Assembly: GCA_964035545.1 (NCBI GenBank)
Contig: OZ037765.1
Span: forward strand, 16,182,995 to 16,246,994
Direction: 5' to 3'
Source: Bugula neritina
Taxonomy: Eukaryota; Animalia; Bryozoa
DNA length: 64,000 nucleotides
Shown here: positions 48,640-63,100 of the stretch, piece after piece
How the letters are laid out: the number at the start of each line of letters is the position of its first letter
Position numbering within the stretch: position 1 is the stretch's first letter
Position numbers and translations under genes: made by a program
Notes under the pieces: generated by a model
Databases searched by the model: none
What the model was told of the DNA's origin: nothing
The model's input: only the letters and a program-made list of their open reading frames with translations

Positions 48640-49659
48640 ATTTGTCATTACTAAAAAGACTGTTATAGAGCTGTCCTTCATTTTACTTACGTGTAAAAGC
48701 ACTACTTTCTAGTTTTGACATTTTTTTAATTTTTACATCATTTGTAATTTATACTTTTAGCTTGTGTGTATGAAACTGTTTTGGCAAAAGTCTCTCTAAT
48801 AGCATTTTACTCTACAGCATTGTTTTCTATACAGAGTTAATAGATTAACTAAGTTAATAAAATTATATGTCATCAAGTCTCTATCTTTTCTTCTTGATCT
48901 AAATTAACTCATCAATAAAATAATTATTGCAAAATAATCAATGAACATTATATATCTTGAATACATTTAAAAATTTGTTCAGTTGTTAAAATATAGATAT
49001 TGATATTCCCTGAAATCTCATGAATTCAGGTGTATAATTTGTTAATTGTACTCAGCTTTTGTTAGCATTCAATGTCCAATAATATGGAAGATTATTGTTA
49101 TTTTAATTGCAATCAGTAGAATCTCATATCTGCATTGCAGCAAGCTTCAATATAGATGACTTGTTTTTTTGATAACCTAATATTTGTAAACTTTACTAAA
49201 GGCAATTTTTGGGTGAGCTTTTTTTTATCCCTTTAATAGTATTCTACTTGTTCTAAGCAATTTTGCCTGTAATGTTTCGAAACCACGCCTCCGGATGAGT
49301 TACGAAGGTTATGCGCATTTAGTCGATTTAAACACTCGAGCGAAATATTACACTTGTACAACTGCAAATACAACTAGTGAACTACTATACATGTTAAATT
49401 GAACATTAAATTAATATTGATGATATTTTTTTTTCAAGTTTTTGGTTGTTTTATCAGTATGTAGGTTATCATTATGAGTTGATTATCATACCTTAGTTAC
49501 TATGTTAACGCACATAGTGATAGTTACAGTTTCATTATGATTATTTTATTATAATAATATTAATATTATTAATAACTAATAAATATAATCATAATAATAA
49601 TAATATTAAATAATCATAATGACATTGAATGATTGTCATAATGATCATCTGACTCCGTA

Positions 49660-50070
49660 ACACTAACTAGTAGTAGTAACACTAACAGTAACTCTAAGCC
49701 CTAAGGGTAAGAGTAACTGTTAGTCTAACACTAACAGTAAGTGTAACTTTAAGTCTAACAGTAACGCCAACATGAACAGTAAATCAAAATGTAATACTAA
49801 TACTAAGGGTAAGTCTAACAGTGACTGTGAGTAACACTCACATTCAGTGTCATTCTGAGTCTCTCACTCACAGACACAAACGGAGGCACTGACAGTCAGA
49901 CTCACAGTTGGTGTTTGTGTTACACTCACTCTTACTCTTACTCTTAGTCTTACAGTTACAGTAAGACTAAGTGTAACACCAACAGTAACAGTTACTCTTA
50001 GTCTTAGTTTTACACTTACTTTTAGTTTTAATTTTTAGTTTTTAGTCCGAGTCTCGCAGTTCCTGTTAGT
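49660..50070. repeat. Degenerate hexamer-periodic tract upstream of EXT1
   Basis: TAACAG/TAACAC/CTTAGT/CTTACT 6-bp periodicity. Confidence 0.65.
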
Positions 50071-50652
50071 GATACTAGACCTAGCATTGAATAAATCTCA
50101 AGCACTAGCAACTGGCAAGTAACACTAACAGCATTCTACATTCAGCATTAACCATTGAGTTTGACATTAGTGTTAGTATTTTGTGTAATATTTATAATTT
50201 AACTTGTCTCGTCAAAAGTTAGAACATTTGGACTCTGGTAACACCTATTTTATGTTTATAATTATAAGTGCAAAATTCTCTTGTGTTTTGTGTGGATTGA
50301 TGATGCGCCTTGTCTGTGGTTTCTTGGCATTCTATTTGTTAGTTACAATAAGTATTTGACACAATGTAAATTCTGGCTCAGTCTTGCCCAAAGAAGGTAT
50401 TGCAACATACTCTAATGCTGTAATATTTTTAATGTCTGAGTTTTCATTTTCCTTGAAAGCATGGCCACAAAGCTGCATTTTCCAAAGCAATGGCTAATAG
50501 AGATTTATGAAATAAACAAATATCTTTTCTGTTTTAGGAATAGTTGGGCTAAAAGTCTAATCTTCTAGAACAGAGAGACAATTATTAAAGTCACCTTTAC
50601 TAGTTCACTCTGGTTGAGCTGGTAGCTATTTTTTTAATTATTTGGCAATGTA

Positions 50653-53600
50653 ATGCAGCAATTTCGACGTTCAACTTATGGTGCCGTCCTTATTTTTATT
50701 ACTCTTACTTCAGTCTTTCTCTACTGCTCAAAATATTGGTAAGTTATTCACAGCATTTGTTGTTTATGAATATGCAATATCTCGTAAGCACCTTGGCTGA
50801 CTGGTTTTAGAGCACCTTTTTAGCAGTTCATTTAGGATATTATTTTTTTGTATTATAATTATTAGTTATAAAAATGATTTTGGAGAATATATTTTTTAAA
50901 TAAATTCCCTCCCCCCCCCCCCCCCAAGAAAACTTACTTAGACAGCATTTTTATATGAAAAGTATAATTTTTGTATTTTGTTTTGAGAATTTTCAAAATC
51001 AAAGGGGTTATTGAATTTTTCACACTCGATTATGTTACCTGTATTTTTGTACATTTATGACATGGTTAAAGTATCCAATTGGATTACCTACTATAATGAC
51101 ATAAATGGTCGAAGACTGAATTTCAGCTTTGTAGCTTAATATTTTAGCTTAAATCACCATAAGAGTCTGCTGATAAACAGGGATATTAAAGGTCTAGAGA
51201 TCTCTCTATCCCCTAGCCTTCTACCTGCTCATAGCTACATAGCCGATGCAGACAGTTTACCTGAGCACAGCCCTTCTATTATTGATCATGTCATCAACAG
51301 AAACCCAACAAATCCATTCAACTGCCGGATGGACAACTGCTTTGACTTTAGCAAATGTAAAAATGGATTTTACGTATATGTTTACCCAATTGACAATGAC
51401 AATGAGTTATCAGAATCATACAAGAAAATATTGAATGTTATCAAGTCATCACAGTATTACACCACAGATATAAATTTAGCCTGTATATTTATCAGTAATA
51501 TTGATGCACTGGACAGAGATCATCTCTCATCTGACTATACCCATAACCTGCAATTAAAACTTAATCAATTACCCCTTTGGAACAATGGTAAGAATCACAT
51601 TATATATAACTTATATTCAGGGACATGGCCAGATTACTCGGAGCATTTTGATGTTGATATTGGAGAGGCAATGTTAGCTAAAGCCAGTGTTAGCACTCAC
51701 AAGTTCAGAGCTGGTTTTGACATATCTTTACCATTGTTTCACAAAACTTTGCCAGAAAAAGCAGGTAAACCTGGCCAACTGCTTAATCTGAAGATACCTG
51801 CAAATAAGAAATATTTGTTAGCCTTCAAAGGAAAAAGATATCTGACAGGAGTTGGATCGGTTAGCAGAAACTCTCTTTATCATTTGCATAATAACAATGA
51901 TATAATACTTCTGACAACATGCAGGCATGGCAAGAACTGGGAGAAATTTGCTGATGAGAGGTGTTCAATCGATAATGAACTTTATGATAAGTAAGTTCCA
52001 GTCATTACTATTAGCTGATAGCTTGCATGTCACACTAGTAGTCTGACTAACTGAGAGGCTGGAGTGGCTAGTTTTTTTCTTTAGTAAGTTTGGAAGCCTA
52101 CGACCGTTCTAATGTCTTCATCTAATTACATGAACATACTATTAGTGTCATTTTCCTCTTGCTCAAGCTGTTCCTCTCTTTTCCTCATATCTTACATGGA
52201 TCATTTTTGTTGTGAATCTACATCTTCACCTTGCTACTATTATCTATAAGTGGCTCACAATTTGTATTTGCACTACTCCAGTTTCCTTTCAGGTTTCCTA
52301 CCATCTTTTTGTTACACTAATCAACACTAATCATTTTCAAAAACCATGTTTGAATGCTGGTCTTGTGTACCTATCTGTTTGTTTACATTTTCAGAAGGAA
52401 TAGAAAGGTATTTGAAGCTGATTGCTCATGTGGCCTGACCTGTTTTTAAAAGTCACTACTAGCTAGTAGCCTGTTGATCTGAAATCTAATTTGATTAGAT
52501 TTAATTAAAGCCTTTGTTGAAATGGTCATTTAACCCTAAAATTATCATTGTTGAAGAATTAATAAAGATTAGGTATAATGTTAAAAGTTTTACTCTTCAG
52601 GCCATTTATTGCTGCAGTAAACTATCACACTTTTATGCATATAACTCAATTAGAAGTATTAGGCAGTACGACAGTCCTAGGCAAGCAGATATTAGGCAAG
52701 ATATTCTCTTCAAAAAAGAGTTGTCTTCTATTTTTTTAATGTTTCTTGAGCAATTCCTTATAACAATTTAGATTTTTTTTAAAATGATACGGATTTTCAA
52801 CCATGATCGAATGACCTGCTCTTTGTATCGAATGAGTGTGAATGTTCATTTCACTCAAGTTATGAATTAGTGGAACTGATTTTTGCCCTTAAGGGTTGTT
52901 GGTAGTTTCATTTTACTACACTGATCTCATTGTTGAATGACAAATCTATTGCACAGTGTCCGCAACCATTAAGTTAAACCCACACAGTATTCAACAATTG
53001 CTATTAATTGCAGGAATGATTTAGTCAGATTGAAGTAATTAACCTGGCTGATTTATAATTGAAGTTACATAAAGTCCTATTGATACAGTAGTTCCAACAA
53101 GATCTAATGATGGAATGTAAACCATGGGATCCTGTTATTGTCAAAGCAATGGTTACTCCTTGTAAATCTCCAACTGAATGAGCTACCCCAAACCTTGTGA
53201 CATAGAACACCAGATCTAACTCATTTTCGTTAAATTCGTTAAATTCGACTATTTGGTTCCTATACACACATACATGAGCCACAAAACAAATGTCCAAACT
53301 CATCTTGTGACAAATGGAATTTCATGACAAATGGAACTGTGATATATAAAGGGAGCACTGTCAATATATCAGTCAACATCATTTTAGAAAATTACAGTTT
53401 TTCATCTATTTAGCTATTTTATTTATCTTTATAGGTATGATTATGAAGATTTGTTAGCTAATTCAACTTTCTGTCTGGTTCCAAGAGGTAGACGGCTTGG
53501 TTCCTTCAGGTGAATTATCTAATGTTTTTTTTAAATAATTTCTGATATTAGGTTTAAAATATTGACACACTTGAATGTTCGTATAACTTTCATGTTACGT

Positions 53601-56600
53601 ATGTATGGTCTTTAATTTCTCTGACTATATGCAACGTCTTGAAGTTGCTTTTATTTATGTGTTGCAAAAATGTGCTGCAGCTTATCGAAACTAAAGTTTT
53701 CTTTTTTTAGAAACGAAAAGTAGTGTAATGGTTGCAACATGTTAATTGTAAAGTATTTAGTAGAATTATTATTAAAATGTTTGAGAGTTGAAATGAGTTA
53801 ACAAAGCATGCTCAATTTTCTTTTAGTTACCACTATGTTCAGAGCAATGTAAAGAAGTGATTTTCAGCGAGTATATGTAAAGGTGGTAATAGTGGTTAAG
53901 AAAATATAAGTAACCATGCTTTGTTTACTCATTTCAAGAACTTGTAACGAACTACATTGCAGATTTATCAAGTACAACTACTAAGAATAAAAATGATACT
54001 AACACTGTGAAGTCTAGACACTAATGGTTTAGCAGACTATGACAATAACAAAACATGATTTACATTAAGTTTATTCCTATATATTATTTAGTGCTTCAGT
54101 GTTATTATTTTTGAAGAAAGATATCTTTTGTCAAACAAAAGTCCAAAGAATTTTCTGTTTCAGCACTTTCATAGCAAATTTTGCTGCTAGTCTTTAAATC
54201 ATCATAGGTTTTTGGTCATGGAATCTGGACGATTACTCTGCAGTCAGAGCTCTATAACATTCTCCTAGAGTTTAGACAAGTTGTGTATCATCCTTAAAAT
54301 TGATTTCACCTAACAATTACCTGTGACATAAACATGACAGGTTATGGACCACCAAAGTTTTTTTTTCATCCTTGGAAGATTCAAGCTTATTAGATACTAT
54401 TTGTGATAATATCAACATTTAATGCAGGTTCCTTGAGGTGCTACAGTATGGTTGTATTCCTGTGCTGCTCTCTAATAGCTGGGAGTTACCATTCTCTGAT
54501 GTCATCGACTGGAGGCAGGCTGCAATCTGGGCTGATGAAAGTCTATTATATCAAGTAAGCACCACTATGCAAATAAGCCACTGCACAGTAAGTTATTAAA
54601 TTAATGACTCGCCCCTGGAATCACTGGGGGTCTTAGAGACCTTGAGGGATGTAAAAGTGAATCAGCTCACCATTAGACTATATAGCAGTTCACCATTAGA
54701 CTATATAGCAGTTCACCATTAGACTATATAGCAGTTCACCATTAGAATATATAGCAGTTCACCATTAGACTATATAGCAGTTCACCATTAGACCAGCAGT
54801 TTTGAATCAATTGGGAGCTTTATGAAACTACAAGATGATTTATCGTGTTTCTATGTATTTCTAATGTAAGTTGTAAACTTCATGGTAGATCCTTAAGACT
54901 GATTTGTCTAATACTTTTCTCAGGCTCCTGCTAACTCACTTCTTCGCTTTGTGAATATCAATTTTGAATAGCCGTGGATAAATAAAGTTTCAGCTTCTAG
55001 GTAAAAGTTGGGGCTGTTGTTGATTTTTGTGCCAGCTTTAGAAAGAAGTTTATTCTAACTTTTTATTATAGGCAAGTTCAATGACAAGAAAGCTAGTAGA
55101 AGATCCAAAGGCACTCATAGTGCAAAGGGACCTTGTAGTTTTGTTGTTGTAAAATTAAAGCAAATGTATACATAGGACATTATCACATTAATAGCACTTT
55201 AATAAAATAGTTGGTGTTGCAGATATCACAGTCTCTTCGATCTGTGCCATATACCAAGATCAGCAGCTTGCAGCAACAATCACAGCTTCTCTGGTCAAAA
55301 TATTTTTCCTCATTTGAAAATATTGTTCTCTCAACCTTACAGGTATTTCTTTCTTTTTTCTTAGCATTTAATTATTTTATTTTTCTACTACTTGTGGCAA
55401 GTGAAGTCAACCATAGCGTATTCTTCTGACTCTGCTGTTAGTTTGACTAATAATGACACCACTTTGTCTTGTAGATATATGTGTTGGTAGTTGAGGAAAG
55501 ACAGGTTATTTCTTTGATAGCTGTTGCTAATTATGTTGTATATTATTTAATTACAGATTATAAAAGAAAGAGTTGATTCTCACAATGCAGCCTCACGGGC
55601 TATGTGGAACTCCTACCCAGGGGTGTACTCACTCACCTCATCCTACTCTAAAGATCTGAGTCTATTCCCTTTCTTTAGTAAAACCAATAACTCTCAGTTT
55701 ACTGCTTTACTGTACATCACAGAAAGATCTGCATCATTGAGAAAGATTCTGAGTAATATTTCATCGGCTACTGATATAAATAGTGTGAGTTAGTATATTA
55801 ATTCTCTGTCGGGAATGTTTATTAGGCAACATTCTATTGGTTGAGGGAACGCAGTGAAGAATGTTAGGCTCTTGTTTGCTAGCAAATAGTTTTTTATAGA
55901 CATGGCTTATAGTCTCTTGAGGGTTTGTCTTAAATAATCTACAAGTTATAATGAGTTTAAAGCAATTGAGATCCTATATTCTTAAGGATTCTAGTTTTGC
56001 CATAACAGCCCCCGAAGCATTAGGAGATGCATTTTTGGATACAAGATTATTGATCTTATAAATAGTCGATCATGTTTTCTAAATGATTGTATTTTACTAT
56101 CCTAGCCATTAGTAACAGGTTCCAGAAATCCCCTCCCTATTTATTAAATAGTACCTATTTATTTAGCACAGTTCTGTGTGAACATGTATACTTTGCTTAT
56201 GCTATACACATACACACATACATACACAGGTACACACATAAATGCTATACTCTTTGATCCACTGGTATACTATAATCTATGTTTGTTATAGTGTAAATAT
56301 CCATATTGCCTTCATTAGACAAGTTAATATGTATGTTTATGTGGTAATTAGTTTGGCTAATCATGACACTACTTTGTCTTGTAGATATATGTGTTTGTAG
56401 TTGGGAACAAAGAGCTCACCTCTTTGGTGTCTGCCGTTTCCAAATCAAGTTGGAAAATACCAGTTCATACCCACTTTGTATCTGTAAGTAATTTCTCTCC
56501 TTATTAAAAATAATTCGTCCTATTTACGTGCATGATTATGTAAAGGATATATCCTTAACAAGCAGTTTCTTGGTTTGAACTATTGCAAAACTCATGTAAA

Positions 56601-59150
56601 GGTGACAGGAGAACAAAATTTTTAGCTACTGTCACTCAATTTAAACAGAACTCTGACAGTGGCTATAAATAAACTAAAAGAAAAATTAGAGTATTTAGTC
56701 ATGTATTGTGTTCACTGTGTGGCCAAAATTGACAAAGTTGTGTATAATTCATAAATGCATGCTGCCTTTGATGTTTGCTTCAAAATTTTGGCTGTAATGT
56801 TATTCTTTTTTTTATTAAACCCTAACTTAAATAGTTTTCTCGCCAGCTGTTTATTTAAGTAAATTAAATACCTCCAGTCATGTAAAAAATCATCTAAATA
56901 AGTCCTTAGCCCAAAACAAAAAACCCTTCCATCAGGGGTTTTATCACAGGGATGGTGACTATAAACTTGCGTGAGTTAAGTAAAGGATCAGGTCTCTGGT
57001 TAGATTTGGGCCATTGTATTGGCTCATTTTCTTGTAAAGCCAGTTCTACCATAAATAATTTAGCCGCAGTGTTTAAGCAGTTTACTATATCTGTTTCTTA
57101 TTTCTCCCAGCATTATTTTTATGAATATTATAATTACTCCCAAGTCTAGACATTTTACCATAGTTGTAATGCATCTCTAATTGCTCTCTTCCTTTAGCAT
57201 GAGTGAAAAAGTTTTAAAATTGATTTTCCTCCCCACAGTATTGTTATTCAATTTTTGATTATAGAATATCATAGAGTCATACTTATTCTACAAAGAGTTT
57301 CCTACTGATGCTGTGATATTGATCAACCAGAGAGATCATGTTCTCACTGAAGAGGTACTGCACTATACACTCTAAATGTTTAGGTCACAACAAATAAACT
57401 ACACTAAAATTTTATACTTCTATTTTGTGATTTGTTTTTGCAAAGGAGAAAAAATCTAGTTGCAATGTTTGAATTGTCTCGTTTAGTTCTCATTTTTATT
57501 TTAAAAAGTTATCAAATGTGCTATACCAAACCACTGGAGGTTTGCAAACAGTTCTGGATTTGTCCCTTAAACCTCATTATAAGCCAACAAGTATTTATTT
57601 TTATATTTTCAATGTGTTCAATTATCATCTGATTAGTAGAGTGGAGTGAGTGGGATTCTAATGGCTTAGTATTATATTGTGCGTTTAGCAAAAACAGAGA
57701 AAATACAAGATTAATTTAATGGGTCTAGTATATACATTAAAATGACTGATGGGGAGGGGGCATTTTTCTGCAGTCTATATACTAGGTCCTAGGACATCTA
57801 GCTGAATTTTTTGCCCTTCCTTATTTGCCTTGCTATATCCTCACAGTATATACTCGTAGCATTAAATAAATAGTGCAGACAAATAGCTAGAGAGTTATAA
57901 AACTAATAATTAAATTTTAAAAATTTGACTACAATGGCAAACATCTTATAGTGAATGGGAAATGTACAATAGCTATCATAACTAGAACTTTTAGGCTCCT
58001 GCAGTTGTGTAAATAATGTTAACACCAGTTTAATTTTTTAACTCGGTGAAAATTTCTTGTGTGGGGTCATTCTCATATCATATATGTTTTTTCATAGCTG
58101 GACTTCTCGTTCTCTGTGTGGAAGGAGTTTCCCTCTCGCATAGTTGGTTATTTAGCTCGCTCTCATCTTTGGCACAGTGGTGAGCAGAAGTACCATTACA
58201 CCTCTAAGCTCTCCCACCAGTACTCCACTATTCTGGCTGACACAGCTGCTGTACACAAGTAAGATGAGTGTTCAAACTTACTATAGGTTTCAGTTGCATG
58301 GCATGAAACTGAAACCACAAATTTATGCCTGCTAGCATTCATTCGTATGATGCGAAGTGATGAAAGCGTAGTGTATGAGACAACTCGCAACTTATTTTTT
58401 GTTAATGAGTCTTATGTTGCTCAATATTTATTATGAGGTGATATGGGACATATAGGACAATATGCATATCAATGAAAAGCTAGCACATTCTCTGCAAGAA
58501 TTTTTTTGGAAAAATCAACTCATTTCAGTTTTGCTAGTTTTAGCTTTGAGATAAAAATATTGTAGTGCAAGCTGCACTTTAATACTTCAGATCCTTAGGT
58601 TTTAACTTAGCTCTTTGAAATTGAATTGGTAGCCCCCCAATATTATATTGATATTATTAGATGCATCTTAATATTTGGTTGACCAACCCTAGTTGTCAAC
58701 CATAACCTGATAGGGACTTGGTGCCGTGGTAACCAGGCTAAAGAGCATTTCCTAGGTTACCACTCAGAACCAGGATTGTATAATGTGTGTATCTGGAATA
58801 TGTAATAAGCTAATAAATACTTTACTTGCAGGTATTACCTCTTCCAAGTAATGGATTATGCTAACAGATGGTCTCATGTAGATATGATAAACCAATGCTC
58901 AGATATGCTCCTCAACTTCATTGTCAGTGACATTACTTCTCTGCCCCCCATCAAAATTGGTAGCAGACATAAATTCAATTCCTTATCTGCTCAACTGTTT
59001 AAGCATCACGACCTTTGCTTCAACCTGGTGTATCAGCAGTTTGGTTATCTGCCACTCAAGATGTCTCAAGTGAGACTGGACCCAGCCCTATTTAAAGACA
59101 GTGTTTCTAGGACCAGGAAGAGATATGTTAACCTGGAAAAAACTAAATAG
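50653..59150 (+). CDS. EXT1: Exostosin-1 (tout-velu-like); exons 50653-50738, 51148-51990, 53435-53509, 54428-54554, 55223-55342, 55557-55784, 56385-56483, 57265-57354, 58098-58258, 58832-59150
   Basis: N-terminal TM anchor. GT47 motifs [71 protein letters not shown] and [22 protein letters not shown]64-like C-terminus ending [18 protein letters not shown]. All introns are GT-AG and in phase. Confidence 0.95.
54663..54793. repeat. 23-bp minisatellite (CAGTTCACCATTAGACTATATAG), 5-6 copies
   Basis: Head-to-tail copies without spacers in EXT1 intron 4. Confidence 0.95.
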
Positions 59151-60144
59151 CGACATAGTAACTGCATTTTGTACAGTTTTGATAAAATATAAATTTTTCT
59201 TTTTTACTAATAAACTAATCTATACACTAATCTAATTTGAATTCTTTGATTTTGTTGCTTTTTACATTTTTACAATAGTTTTGATCTAATGTAATCATGT
59301 ATAATCCTAGAGCCAACAGGCATTGCTACATTGCTATTATGTAATGTAACTTATGAGTCATGAAAGTTTTGCAATTATTTATAATTTTATTTGACTACAG
59401 CTTAATATTTTATAGAAACCAGCCATAAACAGCAGGTGAACAATAATGCCTGTACAATATAAATTTAAACGTATTTATCATACAAATCGAAAAAAAATTC
59501 TAAAGATAAAAACAAAGGCGATGAAAAGCTCAAGACTAAACTGAATAATTACACTTGAAATGTACAACAGGGAAAAAATAATTCAAATAATTCATGCAAG
59601 TTAATTTGACTAGATTTTTCGAATAAATAGATAGCATAGTTCCTGGATATAAGCAACTACCATTGAAGTCATTCACATCGATTGTCAGTTTTTTAAAAAG
59701 TCTAGCTATTAAAATTATAACTATGAGAACATTACATAAATCTATTTCTAAAAACTATTACATTCCATAGTAGATTCATAAGCTAATTTCTACTGGTCTT
59801 CTAACTACCACCAACTACTAATTTAACTATCTAGAATTGTACAAATTAAAAGTGATGTAATATAGAGTTATTTATACAATATATGCATTGCATTATCTCT
59901 GCTTGCTTGGCTTTGTACCCTCTAGCAAGCAAACACTAGTTTAAGCTAAAATTCCAGGTCCATTCTCATACCTCATCATAAACACTAGTTGTACAAATGA
60001 CACTAGGATATAGGCTTCTGATTACATTATGTAACGAGGAAAACCTGGAACTTGGACTAGATGAAGTTATGGGCCAATAAAACCAGTAGTTTATCATATA
60101 AACTAAATCCAATACTCTTTGACTCATAGTCCGAGTTTCATCAG

Positions 60145-63100
60145 TCACACATCTATGTGTGTTGATGATTTACCATATTGTCCGATGAATGAGCCATCTT
60201 CATTAAATCTTCCCGGATCAATATCTCCATATTCATCCATACCTTCACTGTCCGAGTCTAATGGTCTCTCACTTCTATCTAGAGAAGCATGACTCCCTTT
60301 TATTGGATCTTGGTCGCTACAAATTAGAGTGAAAATATACATTTTTGCCTTTTATGCATTGAAGTTATTGTATTTAACACCATATTGAATAATAATACAG
60401 TCATTACAGGCACAATTTTTATGCTAGTGCCATGTACCAATATTTAAGAGTTGTTTCCCTCAAAAGCCTTGAATAACTCTGCAGCCTATTGCAATTAAAT
60501 AAATTAAGTACAGGCTATATTTTGTATCATATCTTGCACCTGGTTGAACAAGTAGGCTACATCATTTCTACTCTTCAATCACTATCAAAATTGTGGTTGT
60601 AGTTTTTTATCTATGAGCACTTATCTAGCTGTAAGATTTTAAACAATAAACAATTATTATGCAATAGCTGTCAAGGCTAGAAAGGCTTTATAACTCATGT
60701 CACAAAAAATGTACTTTACAAACATCTCAAATCAAGTCCCCACTCTCTCCCACCCCCCACCCCCCTCCCCCCTGAAGAATAGGTGTAGCATTGAGATTTT
60801 CCAGTAGCCCGAATAGTGTAAATATGGTTAGCTTGCTAACTTGCAAGTTGAAGGTCTGAGGTTGGACTCTTGGTGGGGGCAGAAGAGCTACTGGGTAGTC
60901 TCAACACCACAATAGTAAGTCTATATGAACTTTAATGATCTACTAGTTAATATGACACTTGAGAAGAGGTAAAGCCTGCCAATGCCTCCGTCTCTGGGTA
61001 TCCTCAATGCATAGTGTGCAATAATTTAAACTGATAGCAACTATTTAGTCTTGGTTTTCATTTTTCTATTTAAACACTTCATCAAAATCAACTATTATTT
61101 TTTTCATAAAAGGGTAAATCACTTGATAGACTTTCTTTTTGGCAAGTTTTGTTCACTTGAAATTTTAACAAAGAAATTGGTGAGTTAATTTTAGTATATA
61201 GATTTTATGTTATAATTTTGTGTAATTTCAACAAATTTGTAAAAAAAGAATCTTTAGCACTGCTAAGGCTATGCAACACGTTAAATGTGCTCATGTTAAA
61301 TATCTATACCTACTCTTACTAATTCTGTCACTTATTAAAACATCTTCAATGCGTTAAAATACATTTTTAAGAGCGAATATTTTTATTGCTGAACAAATAA
61401 TTAAAAGCATATAAAATATATAACACTGCTTTGGTTATTTTTACCATTTTTCACATTAATCAATGTAAAAACTACTCAGTTTATTCACTATTTAATTTTT
61501 GGAAATAGCAGCCAAATTTTTGACTGAGCACTAAAGTTCTCAGCTATTGAACTTCACCAATCATAATGAACAGAAATTGGAGTGTAAAAATTAATTTTTC
61601 ATCCGCATCATTTAGAGAAGCAGAAAGCAATTTTTAAACTTCTTCTTACAGCTAATTTAATTTTCATAGCAAAAATTTACTTTGTGAATTATTATTTTCA
61701 AATATTCATTAAACTTATAAGGAATCTCATAATTAATAGGTAACCGATGGGTACTCCAACGCTTATCTGAACAATGTTACTACAATTAGAACTTTTTCAT
61801 TTTAAAGCAAAAATTAGGTACCTACCGACTAGTGACTACTGATTCCTAAACAACTTCTAGCACAGCTATAAAGTTAGAGGAAAGCTAACAGAAAGAGATA
61901 ACAGAACACCAGGTAACGGAAGGTAATCTATAGGAATAAGATATGCAGCTGGCCCCAACAATAGAATTGATATGGGATTTGCAAAAGACACTTAGTCAAA
62001 CTTTTAGCAAAGAATTTTAATAGCATTTTTTGATTAGAAATATAAAACACCATGATACATAATTAATGTAGTATATAATTTTGACTCTTCATTTCCATTT
62101 TTATCAAATTTTGGTTATTGAATAGAAAATCCTTCATTTTATTTTTATTTGTTTTTTTTTGTCTTTCAACCTGCTTCTTTGTATTTTTGTATCTCAATTC
62201 TATCACTAGGTAGAGTTACATTCCTATAGCTGATCATATTAAAAGTAAAAAATAACGTACTTCCACAACATTTATAGCAGATGATAATATTTAGGGCTAT
62301 ATGGAAACTACAGAAGTTTAGAGTAAGATGAAACTTAGTGAGGTGTGAGTAGAGATTTTGACATATAAACATTTTTGTTAACAATTTCATGCTTTGTAGT
62401 TGTTGAAAATAAATTTTGAAGTTAATTTGAGTTATTAGGCATTGGTCTGTCATATGTATACAGTATAATGTTGTACTTCCAAATCCTCGACCTCACATAT
62501 CAAAATAAATATACATGCCAAGGTATTTAGACATCAAATTTTAGATTAGATTATCATTAATGTTTTTTGATTTAATCAAAATCACAGGAATCAGGGGAAC
62601 TACAGCTAGAAAATAGAAAACTTTCATCACTTCTTTTTCAAAAACTATTTGGAGTTATCTCCATAAGTACTTGTAAGAATAAATGAAGAAATTGTTAAGC
62701 AGAAGAAAAAATTTGAGAATAAAAGCTGAAAGATTTTAATTGCAATTATACTATAAAAGCATTAATAAATGATTGTGGTAGATTAATTGAAGCTATTACT
62801 CAAAAGTTACATATTTCAGTTTTTTTAAAGTTCAATACCACAATTCAACTTTTAACTTTTTAAACCATTCAAATGTCCAAAACAAGTTCTCACTATTATT
62901 GGATATAGTTATTTAGCTATTTAAATTTCATCAAGTTTATTTTGTCATAGTAAAAGACAACTCCAGATAGCTGGTACTAAAACTTATTTTATGAAAGTGA
63001 TCTATTGAGCAAGACTAAACAATACCTTGTAAATATTGGTGTGTAACCTCCAGTTGCTCTATAGAAAATAATAAACACACAAACTATGTTACAAGTAGCC

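Noticed and set aside
53025-53303. 92-aa antisense ORF in EXT1 intron 2
   Set aside because: No recognisable domain or supporting exons.
54663-54793. 23-bp repeats resembling a CRISPR array
   Set aside because: No spacers, no cas genes, and located in a eukaryotic intron.
60807-60880. Functional tRNA gene
   Set aside because: Degenerate B-box and stems and no Pol III terminator directly after; better explained as a SINE head.
61820-61900. RSLE-like micro-exon in the neuroglian intron (pyrimidine tract plus GTAGGTA donor on minus)
   Set aside because: Candidate lengths (10, 13, 20, 31, 40 nt) are not multiples of three.
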